A stretch of DNA of 64,000 nt, from contig CM038998.1 of assembly GCA_017499595.2 (NCBI GenBank), forward strand, positions 4,216,001 to 4,280,000, given 5' to 3'. Positions 49,518 to 59,600 of the stretch are shown piece after piece. Origin of the DNA: Psilocybe cubensis (Eukaryota). The notes under the pieces were generated by a model. The model saw nothing but the letters and a program-made list of their open reading frames with translations. It did no database searches and was not told where the DNA came from. The position numbers and the translations under genes are program-made. Position 1 is the first letter of the stretch; each line of letters begins with the position of its first letter.

Positions 49518-49954
49518 CCTAATTCAACGTATAATGAGTAAGTCTTGATCGTCTAGGTTCTGAACAGACGGGGTTTACGTTTTGGTTATTGTTCAATAAA
49601 ATTGTGATACCTCGCTCTCGATGCATGATGAGAGTGGCTCCATATTTAATAATTATTGCCCACAAAAATACTATTTATGTAACGCTGCTGTCTGTCCGAA
49701 CACAGCAGTGACACTCAAACCGGTAAGGTAAAAGAACCAATTAAGAAACGATATGTTTCTTAATCATGGACAGTATATATACAGCAGAAACGGTAGAGTA
49801 GTAAGGCAGCAGGCCTACAATTTACGTGGTGCCCCCTTGTTGATATTCATAGTTTTAATCTAAATTTCCATCCTCAACAGACAGGGAGTCTTTTAAAATC
49901 GCATAGCGATTAGTCTTCAAGCACAGACCACCTGGATGACCGGGTACGGGTTAG

Positions 49955-50297
49955 TTACACTGCAAAGTACTGAGTACTGGAAATCAGGTATGCTCTCACC
50001 GTTTCTTCTGACTGAAATCGATAATCCAATATTTCTGAAGTAAACGATGAAATTTCTATTCTCATGTCTCCTCGTCCTTCGCGAAGTAATTTGCAAACAA
50101 ACACCATGATAAACGGTTGATAAACGGCCAGGCATTGACCTCGGTACATTGAATATTCTTTTGAGTAGACTGGCTACCCTCCAGGTGGGATTACTTTCTT
50201 TGTTATCTGAATTTGGCATTCCCGGATTGGTAGATTCCGACGCTTTCCGTGTCCGCGACGAGATGGACAATGCATCACATGACGCACCATCCATGAG
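49955..50297 (-). pseudogene. Decayed copy of the deaminase-like gene (unit 3)
   Basis: Reads QCTEVNAWPFI, then a short duplication/frameshift, then PFIMVFVCKLLREGRGDMRIEISSFT...QSEETVRAYLISSTQYFAV. The intact gene reads QCAEVIAWPFIMQFARDFLRKGQKTKRIEIVSLT...QSEETVRACLISSTQRSAV. The PFCTNC segment and 5' exons are missing. Confidence 0.85.
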
Positions 50298-50427
50298 GAA
50301 AGAAATTCAAACCTGAGCGTTCTCTCACCAACCAACCACCACGTTGCAAATCGACGAAGGCAAGAAAAAGGCCTTCAAAGCTCTCTGATCAAACTCGTCT
50401 CCTCAGCATTCAGAGGTTGAATTATCA

Positions 50428-51414
50428 ATGGGACAGATCTATTCAATGCTCAATACTTTCCAGGCCATTCGCAAAGCTACTGTGCTTTTTGCCCGCCGTT
50501 TGCTCTTTCGCGACCATCAGCTCATTGAGCCACCAGAGATAGAACGCACCTCACATGTCCCTATTACGCTTCAGTCTCTACCCGTGGAGATTCTCCTGCA
50601 TGTTTTCTCGTTTCTTGAACTCCAGCCATACTTAATTTCCCATGGCGTCTGTAAAGACTGGAAGCGTCTCCTACCATTGACCGAACTTCATCCAATCCGT
50701 GGCCGCATGCTAGACCTTTACAGAAGGATTATGTCTACTCCAAATTTCGAAAAGGCACTTCCTTGGACGCTGGATAACATGCAACCGTTTGATAGGCAGA
50801 CTTATATTGATGGACTCCTCAGACTGTACCCCGTCATTCCTGCAGAATTCCGGATGTGGATCCTCGAATGGCCTAACTGCCTTGCTATAAGATGCACATG
50901 GCCCTCCCTTCCCGTATTTCGCTCTAGATGCCATGACTGTCAACGAAGACCCGGTGTCAATTGGTTAGGATACGCTCCTACCAACCCTCACCTATATGCA
51001 GTAGTTTATAGAAGGGGCACCCCGGACGTAAAGGTTATTCCCGCTCTCTTAATATGGAGAGAAACCTCCATCACTGATTGGCTGATATTTGACCAAGACG
51101 AACCCGACCTTTTTGGTAGGGTATATGTCAACGATTTCATAGACGGCGCAACCTCAGCAGTGATACCATATCCTGGGCAAGATCCATGGTATATCAACGA
51201 GCCGTATCCAGATTGGATTGCCTACATGGAGTATCTATGGGAATGTACTGCCAGCGCATTGGAAGTAAACCCATTACTCCAGCTTCCTGACGAACCACTG
51301 GTTCTACCAATCGTGGTTTGCTACAATATGGCATGGGATACCACACTTCCCACCTTTCCATGGGCACAACGTGATGATGTCTTGAGGCTGGCACGCAACC
51401 CGCAAAACCATTAA
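50428..51414 (+). CDS. F-box + putative SUKH-like protein, copy 4 (intact)
   Basis: 328-aa ORF with the same architecture as copies 1-3. Confidence 0.85.
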   Translation: MGQIYSMLNTFQAIRKATVLFARRLLFRDHQLIEPPEIERTSHVPITLQSLPVEILLHVFSFLELQPYLISHGVCKDWKRLLPLTELHPIRGRMLDLYRRIMSTPNFEKALPWTLDNMQPFDRQTYIDGLLRLYPVIPAEFRMWILEWPNCLAIRCTWPSLPVFRSRCHDCQRRPGVNWLGYAPTNPHLYAVVYRRGTPDVKVIPALLIWRETSITDWLIFDQDEPDLFGRVYVNDFIDGATSAVIPYPGQDPWYINEPYPDWIAYMEYLWECTASALEVNPLLQLPDEPLVLPIVVCYNMAWDTTLPTFPWAQRDDVLRLARNPQNH

Positions 51415-51823
51415 ACCCCACGAATCCTTGTGGCCTACTTTAATTAACTTTTGACCAGTAAGTCTTGATCACTTAGGATGCGAGTAACTTGGCTAAACCT
51501 CCCGATAATTACAGTCGATCCGAACCATGGCGGTGAGATTAATGTTGGATATCGTTGTACCCCTGGGCTCTGAACAGACAGGGTTTACATTGTGGTTTTT
51601 ATTCCATGAAAATAATTCATCATTATCGATGTATGAGTTAGTAGGACAGTAGCTCGATATGTGATAATCATTGTACACAACATTGCTATTTACATATTGC
51701 CATCTTGCTGCTATCAACTGTGCTAATCTCAATGTTTATGTTCAGACGATGGTGGTTCTTTATTAAACTGCGTGGCAATCAGTCTTCAAGCTCGGACCAC
51801 TTGGACAACTAGAAATGGGTGAG

Positions 51824-52992
51824 TCACACTGCTGAACGCTGAGTACTGGAAATTAGGCATGCTCTCACCGTTTCTTCTGACTGGTAGATATCCGGGCCTA
51901 GGGCCCGGGAGGCATCGACAATTCGCAAGCCAAAGATTTCGTTGCACCTACCTTTAGCACGCATACTGCAATTGGTGCAGAATGGTATTGCCGGCCGGCC
52001 TTCGGACTTGCTTAAAGTAAGCGACACAATCTCAATCCTTTTGGTTTTTTGACCTTTGCGAAGAAAATCCCGAGCAAACTGCATAATAAACGGCCAAGCA
52101 ATGACCTCGGCACACTGAGTTGGTCTTCGAGTGGTCTGGCTGGTCTCCGTGAGATGAAACTCTGTGGGTTGATTCTCTGTGAGATGAGTGCCTACATAAA
52201 TCAATGCTTGTCGGTAGAGGACGTTCATATCCCGCTCTGCGGGTGTGAGCCGTGGTTCAACGGCGCGGAGATGGGCCGTCTGTCCGTAATGGACAGGGAT
52301 CTCATCCTTCATATTTGCCTCAACGATGCAGAAGGAGCTGTAAGGGAGACTTTCGAGACTTCCACGGTTGGCAATATGTATGTCCATATATCGCTCTAGA
52401 GAGTTTCGTAAGTCCTGAAGTCGGTCGGGCCCTGTCGATCTGATAGCTGGTTGGTGAAGACTGTACGCCACAGAACCCATAATCTCGAGGTAGAACTTGT
52501 TGTCAGAAGGAGACTCCCTCTCTGACAGAAGCTGCCGGAAGTACGAGGGTATCAATCCTTGCTTACTGTGGTGATGAAAGATGCGTTCGAGATAGTCGGT
52601 CTCTATGGGTATAGTTGAATCAAGATCAGAGGGAAGCTCGACTATAATCAATACTCATCAACTGGATTTCTTAAGAATAATATGGTGTATACTTACGTCG
52701 TGGATATTTGTCCGGATGAAGAAGAGTTTTGTTCAAGTTTTTCTGTAATTCCTTCACATTGAGGAGGATAGCGCTAAATCGTTGCTCGCGGAGCCTCTCG
52801 ACGGCCTCAGCTGACAGAAATCAGAAAAACGAATTTATTGGATGAATGTTGCATACTTTTGGGAACTTTGAGCTTCTTGGGCTTTGGTGGGTTTTGGACA
52901 GGGACACCAGTATCGTAATCATCATCGTTTTCCAACATAATCGGAGAAAAAAACTCGGACAGTGGTGTCGATGGAGGTGGAAGTTCAGACAT
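51824..52992 (-). CDS. Putative zinc-dependent nucleic-acid/nucleotide deaminase (CAE...PxCxxC; possibly YwqJ-like), 3 exons, ~355 aa
   Basis: Introns 52811-52856 (GTATGC..TCAG) and 52642-52696 (GTAAGT..ATAG) give a stop-free 1068-nt CDS. CAE at 52106-52114, a beta-strand IEIVSLTL, and PFCTNC at 51968-51985. Confidence 0.65.
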
Positions 52993-54981
52993 TTGGAAAA
53001 GATGTAAGCGAAGCTAGGACTTGTGCATCCTAGAGCAAACGCATAGCGCTTAAATAAATTCAGGAGATGGCATATGTGAGGCAACTACGTGTTTTGTTTA
53101 TCTAGATGGATCTGACAGATGGTAAGTTTTTGAAACGCCACCCAAGGATTTGCTGCTGGAGCACAATAATGGGCCCAACACGTTCATATGTTCGTTGTCT
53201 TATGGAGTAATCAGATGTTCTACGTCCAGAAGGCGAGAGCACAGGTGTATAAAACGAGGTCAGCTTGATAATTGCGACCGGTCGGGGATTCTCGCTTTTT
53301 GCGGCCCGGGGAAAGCTCCCAACGGGCGCTTAAAGATGAACAGATATGAAAGGTTTTAGGTAATGATACCGGCATATGTATCTTCAAAGGGTAGTATACG
53401 CATCGAATGAATGATAAGGCCTGCCTATGTAGTACGGAGACAGGAATCGGTCGTAAATGTCTTTTTTACTTGTTATACGTGCCAGATTTCACCAACGCCC
53501 ACAAATCAGCCTCATTCTAAACACGTTCCTGATGTAGTATAAATAAGTTGACGAGTTCGCGACTTTTAGTTTTATTCCACCAGATTTCGGCATAATCCTG
53601 ACGTTGTGTGTAATCCCTGCACCACTGAGTCTCAGGTGCTTCTGTGCTCCATAATAGCACATCAGATGAAGAGCCGAGTCATATCTCGGGGTGGTTTTCT
53701 CAAAGCGACTGTACATGCAAGGCGACTTATTGGATCTCGAAGCAAAGATAATCAGTGATGAGAATGAGGAGAAACATGATGTTAATCGCCTCTGCCTCTT
53801 CATTGATTCCGGCATTCTGAGAAGTAAAAAGTATTCCAGCATTCCAAATGCACAGCTCAAGTCGAATGTCGACCTGAAGCTTCAATCTTGTCGCAGCGGG
53901 GACCTTCAGATTGGTTAATGGTCGCCATGCTTGCACGGTACACATGAGCCGCCTGGTGCGACTGCAGAGAGGCAGCGAGGCTGTACAAAAGCTATTATTT
54001 TTTTTATTTCACAGGATAAGATAGGGCTCGCTTCGTAGTTTTACCTGTTGGTTGATGTAGAATCGAGTCACTGGAGCTGTAGGATATTTCAAAATAAAAC
54101 AGATCTTCTAATCGGGCAAAGATCCTTTGAATATACGGGCGTGCGTTTTGGACCAGGTAGTGAGTTGCTTGAAGGAGACACTGTCAGTCGCCACTCGGTT
54201 AAATCCACCTTCGTCCCGTTTGCGCCAAGCCTGCCTACATCCTTCAGTGGCGTTTTCCTTCTTCTCGAGGCCCTAGACCCAGTTCTCACTAAAAATATTC
54301 GCTACCCTCATGGTTAATGACTCGAGTCGAAGTCCTCCGTGTTGGTCATTTGTGTCTCGCCTGGAAACATCATGGTAGTCAGAAGTGAGCATCCTATCTA
54401 TTTTAGTTTTTCTCATACCTGTTGTCCTATGATTACACGTTTCCTATACCTTTTTGGTGAGGAGGTTCCTTATCCTGAAATGTAATGTAATTGGATTAGT
54501 AGCTTGGGGGGACGAAGACTCGCGCCGAATCTGGGGCATGCGGTGGAAGACAAACCTCGCTTGCTAATGTGCTGCGTATAACTCTCATCACCCAGCCGGT
54601 AGTGTTTCAAGCTGATTGCTCTCACCACTGTAGTGGAGCAAATTATTACAAAGTGAAATCGACGAGCATCGGAACCGGAGCGAGGAACGAATATTATCAG
54701 GTACAAGTCACATTATGGCAAACGCGACACAAATCGTACACAAATTACAAAGCATTACGACAGCATTAAAATTAATTATAACCAACACGAGACCAGCGTA
54801 TGAGTGCCGCAGAAACTACACAAGAATTGCGATATACCGAGTTGCTGAAATGATTAACTGTGTGATACTATGCAGGACGTTTCCATCACTGGCAAATAAT
54901 ATTTAACCGACATGGTTCAGAACAACCGCAAATATCAGGCGAATTAACGATAACTCGCATCCTGAATGAGGTGATCAAGAC

Positions 54982-56000
54982 TTACGAGTCTTTGGAAGTT
55001 AAGTTAGTAAGGCACGAGAGTGGAAGCTGGTGATCCCATGCCAGCCTCAAGACATCATTTCGCAAACTCCATGGAAACGTAGGAAGTGAACCATCCCATG
55101 TTTGATCGAATCCAACCACGACAGGTAGAACGAGTGGTTCGTCAGGAAGTTGGTGTAATAGATTTAGTTCCAATGCACTGACAGTACATTCCCATAGATA
55201 TTCCATATAAGCAATCCAGTCTGGATACGGCTCGTTTGTACGCCGCGGATCTTGCCCAGGATAGGGTATCACTGCAGAGGATTCCATTTCCATGAAATCG
55301 GTGACATATACCCTACCAAAAAGGTCGGGTTCGTCTTGGTCAAATATCAGCCAGTTAGTGACGACGTGCTCTCTCCATATCAAGAGAGCAGGTATAACCT
55401 TCACGTCCGGGGTGTCACTTCTATAAACTACTGTAGATAGGTGAGGGCAGGTAGGAGCGTATCCCAACCAATTAACGCCAAGTCTTCGTTGATGATTTTC
55501 CGATCCAGACCAAACGACAGGGAGCGAGGGCCATGTGCATCTAATAGCAAGGCAGTTAGGCCACTCGAGGATCCACATTTGGAATTCTGCAGGAATGACA
55601 GGATATTGGGCAAGGAGTGTGTTGATGTATGTCTTTCTATCAAACGGTTGCATATTCTCCAGCGTCCATGGGCGCGTCATTTCATGATTCGGGGTAGATA
55701 TAATCCTGTGGTAAAGTTCCAGCATGCGGCGGCGGATTGGATGAAGTTCAGTCAGTGGTGGGAGACGCTGCCAGTCTTTAGACACGGCATGGGAAATTAT
55801 GTAGTGCTTGAGTTCAAGAAACGAAAAAATATGCAGGAGAATCTCGATGGGTAGAGACTGAAGTACTGAAGTGTAACAGGGATATGTGAGGTGCTTGGTG
55901 GTTCGACGGGCTAGTGGTCGCGAAAGAGCAAACGGCGAGCAAGACCCACAGAATTGCGAATACCCTGGAAGATATTGAACATTGAATAGATCTGTCCCAT
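54982..56000 (-). pseudogene. F-box + putative SUKH-like protein, copy 5 (inverted); ancestral N-terminal frame broken
   Basis: Ancestral start ATG 56000 (MGQIYSM.., as in copy 4) meets TAG at 55911-55913, and an 8-bp duplication (actgaagt x2, 55857-55872) shifts the frame. A 373-aa ORF from ATG 56103 in the other frame still covers the whole F-box and C-terminal domain. Confidence 0.65.
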
Positions 56001-56610
56001 TAGTACCTCGATCTCTGAGAGACGAAGAATGGTTTCGACCAGAGGGAAACTCTGAAGGTCTTTGTCGATTTGCAACGTGTTGTAATAAGAAAATGCTCAA
56101 CATGAGTTATTTTTGGATTTTTTTTTCCTTCACGATGATCCATGTGACTCCGAGTCATAATCTCATTGTTCGAGTGACAATTCGACTTTTTTTTTCGTGG
56201 TAAGTTTGGCTTTTGTCTGGTATATTTCATGATGGTTGCACAAGGATTATTGAATAACGAATAATGTCTTTCTTACAACAACCACGACATTAAGAATGCT
56301 TATCCTTGAGTTTTTTTTTGGGTCGCTGGCAAGGCTGGTACAAAGGGTAGCACCATCAAGAAAGATCAAGACACCTACCAAGAGTACCTGCCTGCTCCAG
56401 AGTCCATGTCAAGGAGGTAAACAATACTCATTTGTTACAGGCGACCTGACATGGTTAATTATTACGAAATTTCTGTTTAAAGTGTACCAATTTCAAGACA
56501 TCATTAAGAAACACCCATGGAAAGCCGAATTGTTAAAACTTAACTGTGTTATATTATGCAGGAAGTTATCATCATACAATATTGTAGAAGGAACTTGATG
56601 ACATTTCATA

Positions 56611-59600
56611 TCACAAAGTCTCCCAGCCTCCGGAATCCATACTGCTTTCCAGTTTTCTAGCGACCATGCTTGGGATCCCATGAGAGAGCCAAGTTTTACG
56701 AATCACCTCCCATCGTGCGTGGTGTAAAAATTGTCTGCGGCCGCGCCTACTGCGTGTCAAACCTTGTTAGCAATGAAAAAAGGTAAGTAAAGAGACAGTC
56801 GACCTTACCTCATAGATAGATCGACTTCGCCATGCGCATCGAGGTAGGGCGAAGGCGTAAATGTGCCATTACCGTTATTCAGGTATAGCACAGAACATCG
56901 CTTAACGCAATAATAAATTCCAATAGTACCTCCGCATCTGAATCGGACATCAGTATCTAGAGCAAATCTAAAGAGGTATGACATACTCTCGAGTATGCAT
57001 ATTGCATTCTCCCCGATTGTTGTAATCCTCATCAATACAACAACTGCTCTGAAGGCATACCGTCGATCCACAAATCAAACATATAGCCGCATCGCTCGGG
57101 AAAGTTTCGCAATTCACACACATCAACGCCTTATCCTGACGATTGAATAGGCTATCCAATACCAGAGGCAGTCTCGCCAGACGGTACGCCACAGGGTAAT
57201 CCAAAAGTATACCGCAATTTATCTGGCCGGCTGCATGAGAATGTCCATAATGAGCACACCAACCCGAAAGCGCATTTTGGAGAGTATCTTGACGAGGAAG
57301 GTCAGACAGGGGAGGAATGTCCAGCATTGTTAAAAGGCGAGTGTACTCGCAGACGTCATCTGTGCTGAATATCGGCGTTGGGAACGAGTGTGGTAAAACG
57401 GTCCGACAGAGGATGGCCGCACGACGGAGGAATGGTAAAGTGAAGGCGTAAAGTAGTTTCTCAATCCTAGCCTCGGTAAATGTTTCAAAGGCATAAATGG
57501 CCGTGCGCTCGAATAAAGGTGAATGTCGAACGACTGACATAAAGAACATACGGATATCACCAAAAATATCCTCATGCGACCTTTGCGTCAATGGTGTTGT
57601 GTTGTGATTCCGCAACTTGTTGAGAATGTAAACAAGACCAATGACAGTGCGGGCCAGGCACGCATAATACGCCAGCACGAGCACATGCCGAAGCATCTCA
57701 GGAGCCACAGCAGCCGTTTCCACCAGAATCGTAAAGGGGTCTCTTAGAAGAAGCGGGTAAGAGAATGACGTCAGTGAAGAACGACTCCATTCCGGTAGTA
57801 GTCTTTTGATGATTGCTTGTCGAACAGCATCTCGTCCTTCGTCTGGCCGATTCCTGAACTGGAGTGCGACGAGCTTGGTCAAGCAGGCCAAGAGACCCTT
57901 AATCATCCTCGTCTGAGATTCTGAGATCGCGTCGACCATCATAGTCCCTTTCTCAGCACCCAAATTCGAAGTATCTACTCCAACACCTCTCTGGGAAATC
58001 TCCATTGCAGCTATGGTATACCCCACCAATTCCTCAGGAAGATAAATGCCAGCTCCTCGTTCCGAGTTCTCTGGTTCCATGCGGTCACGAAGATGCCTTG
58101 TTTGCTGTGAAATGGATTTGGATATCACCATTACGGTGTCGAGCATCTTTCCTCCATCAGCAGGATCGGGTCTGTCTCTTTCAGCATTTCTCCTGATAAC
58201 AGTAGCATATCCCGAGTCTTGAGCACTCCAGAACACAAACTCTCCTGTACCATTACGAGACTGAAGCGAATCCAACAGTGGATCGGGTTTGCTCTTCAGA
58301 ATATGGATACCCGCCGCTCTTATCCAATCCGGAAACGGGACTGGATTGAGTTGAGTTCGAGTGTCAGGCTGCGTTACCGGAAGGATGACATTGCCCAAGC
58401 TTTTACAAAGGGGGCAGATAAACTCTTTTCGAGGGATGCATTCCGGGTGATTGCGCGTCGCCTGCGTCCGATGTCGCTGCCTGATAGAGACACTATATAC
58501 CTGGAAGCAGTCTAAATGCATTAAGTGACTGCAGACGGAGCTATGTAGCCCAAACCGTGTATAGTTTAATGGGAAGCCTTCGAAGTTATGGGATGTGGAA
58601 CGAGCATCCAATAAGTCTGCTTGAGGTGGTGGGAATGAAGTGACGGTTGGAGCGCTTGGGGTAATGCCAGGAGAGTTTGGGCTTGTGCTAGCAGTGCGAT
58701 CCAAGGAAAGGGGGGCCGTTAAGACTTCGTTGAGGTAACTGCCTTGTGTGTCAGGATGTCGTCGTATCATTCTACTCGGCTGAATCAATCCAAGAGATCC
58801 AAACGGTTTTCCAGACGCAGCACTCAAGTTGGTCAAGTCTTCTTGACATACGATGCATGTTCCAAACAAAACTTCTTCGTCTTCATCGGATCCATCTGCG
58901 CCAACCATACTGGAATCACCATCACCACCGTCACTGTCGTCTTCTGAGCCGGAATCCATGCCTTGTCCGAACATGCTCGCGAAGCTCGCTTGTTGTGCCT
59001 TCATCTGAAGCATAATCGCTTCTTGGCGTTTTTTCGCAGCCTTCTTCCTCTGCTCGTCTTTGTCGATGCCAGCAGACCGAGGACCATTGCCACCGGAATT
59101 TCCCGCAAGATTCTCTTCTCCACGAATTCGTCGAATTTCATCGGGGATATGAGGCTGCATTTTACTAAATATCCATTCCACTCGTGCCTTGTACAGTTTG
59201 GCGTATTTGTCGTGACTTCCGAGCATGGATAGCACCTCAATGAGAGTCTTTCCTTCCAACACCTTTTTGGATGCAAGAGTACTGAAGCCTTTAGGACGTT
59301 CGACCATACCGAGCATGATCATATGCAAAGCTTGGTCGAGGATAGCTTCTGCTGAGGGTGGCGATGGTCCTGCAGTTCCTGAATCAGTGACAACAAGAAC
59401 GTTCCAAATGGCGTAGAACATTATTTGCATCATAAGATCTCTCTCCCAGACGTCACTAACGCCTTTGTACGGGCCTTCTGTAACGCCAAATGGTTTTGGA
59501 GTCAAAACAACCTCCCACTCCTTCTTACCCGTGCGCTTTTCAATTCTTTTCCTCAAAACATTCTCGACCTCCTCTCTGCGATTCCGTGTGTAGTGATAAA

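Noticed and set aside
44644..51830. Repeated blocks as LTRs or a CRISPR-like array
   Set aside because: The repeats are whole gene-plus-spacer duplications of ~1.6-2.5 kb, without TG..CA termini, gag/pol or a short repeat-spacer structure.
53100..54400. Possible deaminase partner or other gene convergent with F-box copy 5
   Set aside because: Only short stop-interrupted ORFs, with no CAE/CxxC motif and no visible similarity to 51824-52992. It may be a decayed unrelated gene, but I cannot support a call.
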